47,599 nucleotides of DNA from Actinomycetota bacterium. Lineage in GTDB: Bacteria > Actinomycetota > Acidimicrobiia > Acidimicrobiales > JACCXE01. Every line of letters starts with the position of its first letter. The stretch's first letter is position 1. The stretch lies in the NCBI GenBank assembly GCA_041166285.1, contig JBEEFR010000179.1, forward strand, positions 1 to 47,599. Direction: 5' to 3'. The notes below the pieces were generated by a model. The model was given only the letters and a program-made list of their open reading frames with translations, made no database searches and was not told where the DNA came from. A program made the position numbers and the translations under genes. Shown here piece by piece: positions 28,824 through 36,044 of this stretch.

Positions 28824-28851
28824 TGCTCAGTTCCCCCTTGCACGCTCAACG

Positions 28852-29604
28852 ATGAGCGCAAAACCCACCGTATCGCCGTTTAGAGTCCGAACTATCGCCA
28901 CCGTGCTCATTCCCCTTCCTGACACGGACTTCGACACCACTGAGGTCGCCGTTCCGTGGCGTCTGTTGACCGATGCGGGGCACTCCGTTGTGTTCGCCAC
29001 AGAACACGGCGGCGTACGCCCGGCGACGGATCCGCTGCTCTTGAAGGGTGTCGTGTTCAAGATGCTCGGCGCGGCTCGCGAACCGAAGCGCTTCTACGCG
29101 CAGCTGCTCGAAGACCCGTCGTACAACGCGCCGCTCGCGTGGGATGACCTCGACGCCGAGGCGTACGACGGGCTCATCCTCCCCGGCGGTCATGCCAAGG
29201 GAATGCGTCAGTACCTCGGCAGCCAGGTCTTGCAGTCGAAGGTGACCGAGTTCTGGAAGACCGAGAAACCCGTGGGCGCCATCTGCCACGGCGTGCTCGT
29301 CTTGGCGCGTGCCGGAGTGCTCGCCGGCCGCCGCACGACCTGCCTCCCGATGTATCTCGAGGGCCTCGCCTATTACTCGACGATCTGGCGTCGCGGCCGT
29401 TACTACCGGACGTATCCAAAGTACGTCGAGACCGAAGTCAGGAAGTCGGGCGCCAAGATGATCGTCGGTCCGCCCACGCCGATGATCCGTGGCACCGCGA
29501 ACATGGATTGGCCCGCGTTCGTCGTCGAGGACGGCAACTATGTGTCGGCCCGCTGGCCCGGCGACGCCTACCTCTTCGCCAAAAAGCTCTTGGAGCGCCT
29601 GTAG
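28852..29604 (+). CDS. DJ-1/PfpI family (class I glutamine-amidotransferase-like) protein
   Basis: Start taken at ATG 28852 (MSAKPTVSPFRVRTIATVLIPLPDTDFDTTE). Nucleophile elbow GAICHGVLVLA. The upstream part of track ORF 28462..29604 is antisense to korA. Confidence 0.75.
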   Translation: MSAKPTVSPFRVRTIATVLIPLPDTDFDTTEVAVPWRLLTDAGHSVVFATEHGGVRPATDPLLLKGVVFKMLGAAREPKRFYAQLLEDPSYNAPLAWDDLDAEAYDGLILPGGHAKGMRQYLGSQVLQSKVTEFWKTEKPVGAICHGVLVLARAGVLAGRRTTCLPMYLEGLAYYSTIWRRGRYYRTYPKYVETEVRKSGAKMIVGPPTPMIRGTANMDWPAFVVEDGNYVSARWPGDAYLFAKKLLERL

Positions 29605-29618
29605 GCCGGCCGGCCGAG

Positions 29619-29666
29619 GTTCTTCTGCGGGTTGTGCGCCCTATGCGGCTACAACCCGAAGAAGAA
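29619..29666. repeat. 48-bp direct repeat, copy 1 (contains a 16-bp-stem hairpin)
   Basis: gttcttctgcgggttgtgcgccctatgcggctacaacCcgaagaagaa. It is identical to 30609-30656 except at one base (29656 C vs 30646 T). Arms are 29620-29635 and 29651-29666. It lies between the DJ-1 stop and the end of the DUF559-like gene, whose last 8 codons and stop are inside it. Confidence 0.9.
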
Positions 29667-30573
29667 GCTTTTGGACCTGGGCCACAACCCAGTCCGGGCG
29701 CTGAAAAACATCGGGCCACGTGACGCGCACGAACTCGAAGCCGACGGCTTCGAGCGCCGCCTGCCGCCGGGAGTCCTCCGCGGTCTGCGTCGCCGTGCTG
29801 TGCCACTTTCGGCTGTCTGCCTCGATCGCGCCTTTCTGGTCGAGGTAACAGAGGTCGATCTCGCGCCGGTCACCGTTCGCATCGATGACATCGACATTGC
29901 GGTCAGGCAGCGGGATGCCTCGCGATCGAAGCAAGTCGATCACTTCGAGTTCGAGGATGCTGCGCGCGGGCTTTCCGTTCGGCCGGTTCTGCATCACGGA
30001 CCGCAGCAGCGCGACGCCGCGGACGCCACGCCGCGAGTTGGACGCAATGTGAGCCCAGATTTTCCGCTCCGACGTGTGACGTCCCAGCAGCGCCGACTCG
30101 ACAGCGATCTCGACTCGTTTGCGGTCGTTCGTCTGCGCTGCGAACCCGAGCAACGCGTCCTCGAGGCCCACCACTCGCACCTTGTCGAGCGACCGCGTCG
30201 CGACGGCACGTGAAGGATGACGAACAGTGACGTCGCGAGGCTCGGGATTCCCTCGGGTCGTCGTCACCACCAGTTCGACTGTGTCTTGCTCGGGGCCGTC
30301 GATCCCGCGCCACATCAGGGCGCTCCCAGCGTCGAGAGCGACACTCTCGCCGCCCGCCCACTGCGCCGCCATCGCGCGCTGACGCCATGTCGCGGGACCT
30401 GCGGCGAGGAGGTACACGCCGCGTTGCAACTGGGTCCACAGCCGGCGTTCGAGCATGCGCGCGATCCGCTTGTCGCTAAACCCCAGCGCGAGCAATTGCT
30501 TCCGGGTGACGACGTTGTCTTGCTCCGACGCCCGTTCGGCGAGTCGCTGGAAGTTCGGCTTCGTTCTCTTCAT
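29641..30573 (-). CDS. AbiEi-like N-terminal HTH + DUF559 (Vsr/PD-(D/E)xK endonuclease-like) domain protein
   Basis: The N-terminus (VVTRKQLLALGFSDKRIARMLERRLWTQLQRGVYLL) is typical of AbiEi_4-type HTH. The C-terminus has REIDLCYLDQKGAIEADSRKWH...R, a DUF559-like D...ExD nuclease-fold motif. Confidence 0.75.
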   Translation of the reverse strand: MKRTKPNFQRLAERASEQDNVVTRKQLLALGFSDKRIARMLERRLWTQLQRGVYLLAAGPATWRQRAMAAQWAGGESVALDAGSALMWRGIDGPEQDTVELVVTTTRGNPEPRDVTVRHPSRAVATRSLDKVRVVGLEDALLGFAAQTNDRKRVEIAVESALLGRHTSERKIWAHIASNSRRGVRGVALLRSVMQNRPNGKPARSILELEVIDLLRSRGIPLPDRNVDVIDANGDRREIDLCYLDQKGAIEADSRKWHSTATQTAEDSRRQAALEAVGFEFVRVTWPDVFQRPDWVVAQVQKLLLRVVAA

Positions 30574-30608
30574 CCCTTCGATCTTGTCGAGGGGGTGTAA
30601 CGCGCTCC

Positions 30609-30656
30609 GTTCTTCTGCGGGTTGTGCGCCCTATGCGGCTACAACTCGAAGAAGAA
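30609..30656. repeat. 48-bp direct repeat, copy 2 (hairpin immediately 3' of the rhodanese-ThiF gene)
   Basis: 47/48 identical to 29619-29666 and exactly 990 bp away. It starts 9 nt beyond the stop (30665-30667) of the rhodanese-ThiF gene on the minus strand, which is a terminator-like position. Confidence 0.9.
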
Positions 30657-30664
30657 ACCTCGAG

Positions 30665-31843
30665 CTAGGAGGCGGTCGGCGGTTGTTTGGGGTGCGGCAT
30701 GCAGTACTCGTCGTATTCGGCGATAACGATCGGACCGGCGTTTTCGCCGCACGCCGGGCAGTCGGGGTCGCGGCGCAGCTTGAAGTTGCGGAACGTCTCC
30801 TCGAGGGCGTCGTAGGCCATCAGGCGGCCGACGAGCGGATCGCCAAGACCGAGCAGCAACTTGATCGCCTCCATCGCCTGGAGCGAGCCGATGATGCCCG
30901 GCAGCACACCGAGCACGCCGGCCTCCGCGCACGACGGCGCCTGATCCGCGGGCGGCGGCTCCGGCAGCATGCAGCGGTAGCACGGCCCGTCGTAGGGCTT
31001 GAAGACCGACACCTGGCCCTCGAAACGGAAGATGGCGCCGTACACGACGGGGATCTTCTTCAGCAGCGACGCGTCGTTCACGAGGTAGCGCGTCGGGAAG
31101 TTGTCGGTGCCGTCGACGATCACGTCGTAGCCGTCTATGATGTCGTGCACGTTGTCCGCGCCGAGGCGAGTGTCGTAGGTCACGACGTTCACATCGGGGT
31201 TGAGCAACTGCAGGGTCTTCTTCGCGGAGTCGACCTTGCGATCGCCGATGCGGTCGAGGTTGTGCAGGATTTGGCGCTGCAGGTTCGACGTGTCGACGAC
31301 GTCCATGTCGATGATGCCGAGCGTGCCGACGCCGGCAGCGCCGAGATACAACGCCGCGGGCGAACCCAGTCCGCCAGCACCGAGCAGGAGCACCTTGGAG
31401 TCGAGCAGCTTCTGCTGCCCGGTCTCGCCCACTTCCGGCAAGAGCAGGTGGCGCTGATAGCGGTTGCGCTGCTCACCGGAGAGCGACTGCGGGACGCGCC
31501 AATCGCGGCCTTCGTCCTTCCACTTGTTGAAGCCGCCTTTCAGCGACACCACGTTCGTGTAACCGAGCTCGGCGAGCGTGACCGCGGCATACGCCGAACG
31601 AACACCCGAGGCGCAGCCGACGATGATCTCGGTGGACCGATCCGGCACCTGGCCCTCGATGTTCGTCTCGAGACGCCCGCGGGGAATGTGCAGCGAACCG
31701 GTGACCGCGCCCTGCTCGTACTCGTCGGGCTCGCGCACGTCCAAGTACAGCGCCCCGTTCGCCAACCGCTCCTCAGCGGCGGCCCCGTCGACCTCGGTGA
31801 TCTTCGCCTTCGCGGCCGCGAGAAGTTCTCGTGCTGATGCCAT
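30665..31843 (-). CDS. Rhodanese-ThiF/MoeB fusion (E1-like adenylyltransferase/sulfurtransferase with N-terminal rhodanese)
   Basis: Residues ~10-120 form a rhodanese domain with active loop VGCASGVRS. They are followed by RYQRHLLLPEVGETGQQKL, LLLGAGGLGSPAALYLGAAGVG, the Zn motifs CYRC and CPAC, and SCAEAGVLG. Confidence 0.85.
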   Translation of the reverse strand: MASARELLAAAKAKITEVDGAAAEERLANGALYLDVREPDEYEQGAVTGSLHIPRGRLETNIEGQVPDRSTEIIVGCASGVRSAYAAVTLAELGYTNVVSLKGGFNKWKDEGRDWRVPQSLSGEQRNRYQRHLLLPEVGETGQQKLLDSKVLLLGAGGLGSPAALYLGAAGVGTLGIIDMDVVDTSNLQRQILHNLDRIGDRKVDSAKKTLQLLNPDVNVVTYDTRLGADNVHDIIDGYDVIVDGTDNFPTRYLVNDASLLKKIPVVYGAIFRFEGQVSVFKPYDGPCYRCMLPEPPPADQAPSCAEAGVLGVLPGIIGSLQAMEAIKLLLGLGDPLVGRLMAYDALEETFRNFKLRRDPDCPACGENAGPIVIAEYDEYCMPHPKQPPTAS

Positions 31844-31880
31844 AAGGACCTAAACATTACTGCCTAGGTCGGAATTCCCC

Positions 31881-32321
31881 TTAGACGGTCTGAACGATCA
31901 GGACGCTGCACGACGCGTTGTGCGCCACCGAGTTCGGCACCGAACCGAGCACGCGGCGGGCGCCGGTCATGCCCCGACTGCCGACCACGATGAGGTCGCC
32001 GCCCACGCTGGCAGCGACGTCGCACAACGCGTCTGCGGCTGTTCCCGCGACCTGATGTTCGAAGAGCTGGATGTCCGTACCGGTCGCAAAACCGGTCGCC
32101 CTCGACGTCACCTCTGCGGCCCCAGCCGCGGGATCGATCTTCTCGTAGACCTGCGCTGACAGCGTCACGAACTCCGGATGCGTCATGAGCGCCGACAGCG
32201 GACGGTAGGCGGAGACGATGTGCAGTTCGGAGCCGCACAACTTCGCCAGCGCCACTGCTTCTCGCACGGCCTCCGAAGCGCTCGGCGAGCCATCCGTCCC
32301 CACCACGATGCGTTTGTACAT
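31881..32321 (-). CDS. Universal stress protein (UspA family)
   Basis: MYKRIVVGTDGSPSASEAV...LIVVGSRGMTGARRVLGSVPNSVAHNASCSVLIV. Confidence 0.9.
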   Translation of the reverse strand: MYKRIVVGTDGSPSASEAVREAVALAKLCGSELHIVSAYRPLSALMTHPEFVTLSAQVYEKIDPAAGAAEVTSRATGFATGTDIQLFEHQVAGTAADALCDVAASVGGDLIVVGSRGMTGARRVLGSVPNSVAHNASCSVLIVQTV

Positions 32322-32379
32322 GCGTGCACTGTGCTCTTCGAAGCCCGGCGCGCGCTGTGCCGCGTGTCACGCTTCGCCA

Positions 32380-32979
32380 GTGCAATTTGCCGACGTCGTC
32401 CGCCGCCGCAAGATGGTCCGCAACTTCACGACCGAGCCCGTCGCGCGCGACGTGATCGATCGCATCATGCGCGTCGCCGTGCGCGCACCTTCAGCGGGCT
32501 TCACGCAGGGCTGGGGGTTCCTCGTGCTCGACACGCCCGAGAGCACGGCGCGCTTTTGGGACACGACGTTCGCCGAAGAACGGCGCGGCGAGTTCCGTTG
32601 GCAGGGCATGTTCAACGCCGCGGTCATCGTCGTGCCGTGCTCGAACGAGAACGCCTATCTCGATCGCTACGCGGAACCCGACAAGGGATGGACCGATCGC
32701 GACCCGGGGCGATGGCCGGTGCCGTTCTGGCACATCGACACGGGTTTCGCGTCGATGCAGATCCTCAACGCCGTCGTCGACGAAGGACTCGGCGCGTTGT
32801 TCTTCGGGGTGTTCGGCGAACACGTGCCGGCGGTGCGCTCAACCTTCGGGATTCCGGACGACTTCACGCCGATCGGCGCCATCGCGATCGGCCATCCCGC
32901 GGAAACCGACGAGCGCTCGCCGTCGCTTCGTCGCGGCTGGAAAGCGCGCGACGAAGTCGTTCATTTCAACCAGTGGTGA
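32380..32979 (+). CDS. Nitroreductase family protein
   Basis: Start proposed at GTG 32380 ((M)QFADVVRRRKMVRNFTTEPV), the usual nitroreductase N-terminus. APSAGFTQGW is present. An ATG at 32320 is an alternative start but would overlap the usp start region. Confidence 0.75.
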   Translation: MQFADVVRRRKMVRNFTTEPVARDVIDRIMRVAVRAPSAGFTQGWGFLVLDTPESTARFWDTTFAEERRGEFRWQGMFNAAVIVVPCSNENAYLDRYAEPDKGWTDRDPGRWPVPFWHIDTGFASMQILNAVVDEGLGALFFGVFGEHVPAVRSTFGIPDDFTPIGAIAIGHPAETDERSPSLRRGWKARDEVVHFNQW

Positions 32980-33715
32980 CGAGCTGGGGCACGACAACGC
33001 CGATGTCGTCGCGCAGGATGACGTCGGCGATGTCGTCGTACGGCGTCTCCTGATCGTTCACGATCACGAGCGTTGCGCCGTTGCGCACGGCGAGGGGCAC
33101 GAGTCCCGCCGCGGGGTACACACCGAGCGTGGATCCGATCACGATGAGCAGCGGCGTGACACCACACACCGCCGCGGCCCGATCGATCACGTCAGCGTCG
33201 AGCTGTTGCCCGAAGCTGATCGTCGCCGACTTCAGGATCCCGCCGCAGACGAGGCACGCGGGATCGGGTTCGCCGGCGCGCACACGGGCGAGCGTGTCCT
33301 CGATCGGTCGTTCGTCGCGGCATTGGAGGCAACGCGTGCGGCGCATCGTCCCGTGCACCTCGATGACGGTGTCAGCAGGCGAACCCGCCGCCTGATGCAA
33401 CTCGTCGACGTTCTGCGTGACCACGAAACTCACGGACCCGCGGCGCTGCAGTTCGGCGACGGCGACGTGGGCGGAGTTCGGTTCGGCGCGCCACGTGTCG
33501 GCGTTCGCGCGGCGCTCCCACGCCTCTACGCGATAGGCGGCGTCGTTGATCCACGTCTCGATGTTGCTGGCGACCTCCGCCTTTGGATTCTTCGTCCAAA
33601 GCCCGTTGGGCCCGCGGAAGTCGGGGATGCCGGAGTTGGTGGAGATGCCGGCACCCGTCAACACGACGGCGTTGTCGGTCATGCGCAGCCATTCGCGAAC
33701 GCGGTCGACGGCCAT
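32966..33715 (-). CDS. cobB: NAD-dependent protein deacylase, Sir2/CobB family
   Basis: LTGAGISTNSGIPDFRGPNG, TQNVDELH, catalytic HG, and a Zn ribbon CLQC...CLVCGG. Confidence 0.88.
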   Translation of the reverse strand: MAVDRVREWLRMTDNAVVLTGAGISTNSGIPDFRGPNGLWTKNPKAEVASNIETWINDAAYRVEAWERRANADTWRAEPNSAHVAVAELQRRGSVSFVVTQNVDELHQAAGSPADTVIEVHGTMRRTRCLQCRDERPIEDTLARVRAGEPDPACLVCGGILKSATISFGQQLDADVIDRAAAVCGVTPLLIVIGSTLGVYPAAGLVPLAVRNGATLVIVNDQETPYDDIADVILRDDIGVVVPQLVTTG

Positions 33716-33717
33716 GG

Positions 33718-34347
33718 CTACAGCTTGCCCGCGGCCTTGCGCACGATCGTTTCGACCTGGCCGCCGCTGAGCCCGGGCTGACTGCCCACGTGGAAGACGA
33801 GCATCGCGATGAACTTCTTCTGTTTGCGCACGAGCACGATCGGGCCGGCGACGGTCTGCGCTTGACCGTTGACGACGCCTGCGATGGTGACCGAAGACGC
33901 ATACGACTCGTCGCCGACCGTTGGGAACGCGTACCGCTGCGTCTGATACGAGCTCTGGGCACCGCTCGAATCGGTCGACGTGAAGCTCTTGCAGGCATTG
34001 AACCCGGCTACTTCGGCGTCGAAATACCGGTTCGCCTCTTCGGTGGCTTTGAACGTATAGACCGTCTCGTTGGCGAACTGCGTCGCGCTTCGGTCGTCGC
34101 CGTTCCGGTAGCTCGCGGCAGCGGTGTGCGCTGTCGTCTTGACGTATTTGGTGTCAACGCGGTCGAGCTGCGCGCAGCCGATCGGATCAGCGGTCCGTTT
34201 GTCGATCTCGATGGATGTCCGCTTGTACCCCGGTGCGAACTCCGCTGCGGTGAGGACTTGCGCACGGATGTCGGCGGCAGACTCCTGCTTCGCCCCGCAG
34301 GCGCCGAGGAGGGCGACCGACAGGCCCACGACGAGGAACTTCCGCAT
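33718..34347 (-). CDS. Lipoprotein of unknown function
   Basis: MRKFLVVGLSVALLGAC has a lipobox. The mature part has two further Cys (candidate disulfide). Its stop lies 2 nt upstream of the sirtuin start. Confidence 0.7.
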   Translation of the reverse strand: MRKFLVVGLSVALLGACGAKQESAADIRAQVLTAAEFAPGYKRTSIEIDKRTADPIGCAQLDRVDTKYVKTTAHTAAASYRNGDDRSATQFANETVYTFKATEEANRYFDAEVAGFNACKSFTSTDSSGAQSSYQTQRYAFPTVGDESYASSVTIAGVVNGQAQTVAGPIVLVRKQKKFIAMLVFHVGSQPGLSGGQVETIVRKAAGKL

Positions 34348-34377
34348 GGGAACGGCACGTTAGGCGTTAACTACCTT

Positions 34378-36018
34378 ATGGCGGGGAGACACGTAGGCGC
34401 GTTTGTGATCGTCGCCGCGGCGCTGATCGGGGCACAAACACCGGTCGGCGCCGCTGCGGATCCGGCGCCACTTGCGGGGGGCGCCGACGTCCACAACGTC
34501 GTGCACTACGAGCAGTTGATGGCCGACCACATGCAGCAGGGCCACGCGGTGGAGGTCGACTTCGACTCACCGGCGCGCCTTGCCGGCCACGTCGTCAGCA
34601 CCGGTGGTTGGGGCGACAGCGGGTTGTGGACGGGCGTGTACCTCGGCGGCGAAGCCATGCGTTACCAAGTCGCCAAGAAGAAGTTGGCGGGGACCTTGTC
34701 CGCCGTCGACCGAGCGTTCTGGAGCGCCCAGCGCGACGCCGCGATGGCGCGCGTACGCGAGATCGTGCGCGCCGAGCACGTCGACATCAACATCGCGCAG
34801 GACTGGACCGGCGAGCTGCGCATCCCGCCCGACGTCAACACCGACGAAGACCCGACGACGGCGAAGCACCTCGCCAACTTCGGCGGCGGCGTCATCCACG
34901 GCGAAAAGGGAATGATTCAGCGCGCGTGTACGCCGATCGGCATCGGTCGCCTCGGCATCGACGACCCGACGATCTATCCCGACAAGCCGGTGAACAACAA
35001 CGACAACCGCGTCTTTCGCATCACGTGGGTGCACGGCGACGGCAAGACGTACAACTGCGAGACCTCACCGTCGCGCGATACCTACGCCGGCCTCGTGTTC
35101 GGCATGCTGACCGCGTTCGACTTCGTCAGCGTCGACGACCCGGCGATGCGCCGGCAGATCCGCACCGACCTGGTGGCGATGGGCAACTTTCTGTGGAAGT
35201 ACAAGTGGAACTACCCGCGCCCGCACGGTTACGTGAGCGCGGAACACGACTTCAACGGCTTCTTCTCGCCGCTGTTCATCTACACGCCCGAGGCGCGGCT
35301 GAACCTGACGAACGCCGTGCACCATGTCGTCGCGCACGGTGGATCGCAGTTCGACAAGGCGAAGTGGACGACGATCTGGGCTGAGGAACTCGCCACGCAA
35401 GGACCAGCGGTTGGTGGTTCCTTCCAATTCGACACGCTGCAGCCGCACGACAGCTACTACAAGTGGAACCTCAGCCACCTCAACGCCTTCAACCTGATGC
35501 GCACCAACACCGGCCCCGTGCGCGACCTGTTCGCGCACGGCATCGCGGCGATGGACAAGACGACGCGCGACGACATCAACGCGCACTTCGAGGCGATCAT
35601 GTTCAGCATCACGGGCGAGCAGCATCGACTCGACGACGCGGTAACCCACCTCCGCCAGTGGCTCGACTACCGCGCCAACGTCGAGGCGGGTCCGGTCAAG
35701 AACAGTCCGCGCTGCGGTCACGACATCACGTGCGTGCCCGACGACCAGTACACGTTCGTCACACCGCTCGGCCCTGTCGCGTGGTTCCCCGGGACGACCG
35801 GTTCGCGCGCCAGCGCACCGCTGCCCGTCGCCCAACGCACGCCGACGGACTTCTTGTGGCAGCGCTCCCCCGACCAGCTCGACGGCAGTCAGCCGGCAAC
35901 GCACCGGACGCCGGGCATCGACTTTCTGACGCCGTACTGGATGATCCGTTACTTCACGGAGGTCGCTCGGCCGCCAGTCTCGCACCTGCCCGTGTGGCCG
36001 GCGCCGGCGTCCCTCTAG
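34378..36018 (+). CDS. Secreted protein of unknown function (546 aa)
   Basis: Real start is ATG 34378 (MAGRHVGAFVIVAAALIGAQTPVGAAADP, a signal peptide). Coding-like composition runs to the stop. I recognise no family. The upstream 265 aa of track ORF 33583..36018 are antisense to the lipoprotein and sirtuin genes. Confidence 0.7.
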   Translation: MAGRHVGAFVIVAAALIGAQTPVGAAADPAPLAGGADVHNVVHYEQLMADHMQQGHAVEVDFDSPARLAGHVVSTGGWGDSGLWTGVYLGGEAMRYQVAKKKLAGTLSAVDRAFWSAQRDAAMARVREIVRAEHVDINIAQDWTGELRIPPDVNTDEDPTTAKHLANFGGGVIHGEKGMIQRACTPIGIGRLGIDDPTIYPDKPVNNNDNRVFRITWVHGDGKTYNCETSPSRDTYAGLVFGMLTAFDFVSVDDPAMRRQIRTDLVAMGNFLWKYKWNYPRPHGYVSAEHDFNGFFSPLFIYTPEARLNLTNAVHHVVAHGGSQFDKAKWTTIWAEELATQGPAVGGSFQFDTLQPHDSYYKWNLSHLNAFNLMRTNTGPVRDLFAHGIAAMDKTTRDDINAHFEAIMFSITGEQHRLDDAVTHLRQWLDYRANVEAGPVKNSPRCGHDITCVPDDQYTFVTPLGPVAWFPGTTGSRASAPLPVAQRTPTDFLWQRSPDQLDGSQPATHRTPGIDFLTPYWMIRYFTEVARPPVSHLPVWPAPASL

Positions 36019-36044
36019 CGAAGGGCGGCGCACGGAATCTGACG

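Larger units (their letters stand above)
29619..30656. mobile_element. Candidate inserted cassette: single DUF559-like gene bracketed by 48-bp direct repeats
   Basis: The direct repeats flank 942 bp of unique sequence that carries only the DUF559-like ORF. Removing one repeat and the insert would leave DJ-1 and rhodanese-ThiF convergent on one shared hairpin. No recombinase is present, so mobility is an inference. Confidence 0.35.

Noticed and set aside
30665-31843. E1-like ThiF enzyme as part of a ubiquitin-like or CBASS-type conjugation defence module.
   Set aside because: No E2, JAB/JAMM, cyclase (CD-NTase) or beta-grasp gene is adjacent. The rhodanese fusion and Zn motifs point to sulfur-carrier chemistry (MoeB/ThiF type).
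31847-31870. Hairpin gaccta-N12-taggtc in the AT-richer spacer between usp and the rhodanese-ThiF gene.
   Set aside because: The stem is only 6 bp with a 12-nt loop, so it is too weak to call a terminator or operator without experimental 3'/5' end data.
32322-32379. Usp / nitroreductase divergent pair as a DosR-type dormancy unit. I looked for a GGGAC..GTCCC DosR box.
   Set aside because: No such palindrome is present in the 58-bp spacer, so the association rests on gene classes alone.
32966-33715. Sir2-domain gene as a possible antiphage SIR2 effector.
   Set aside because: It has the full housekeeping sirtuin signature (GAGIS..GIPDFRG, TQNVD, HG, four-Cys Zn ribbon) and the normal ~250-aa size. 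It has no fused or adjacent sensor, pAgo, HerA or TIR-like partner.
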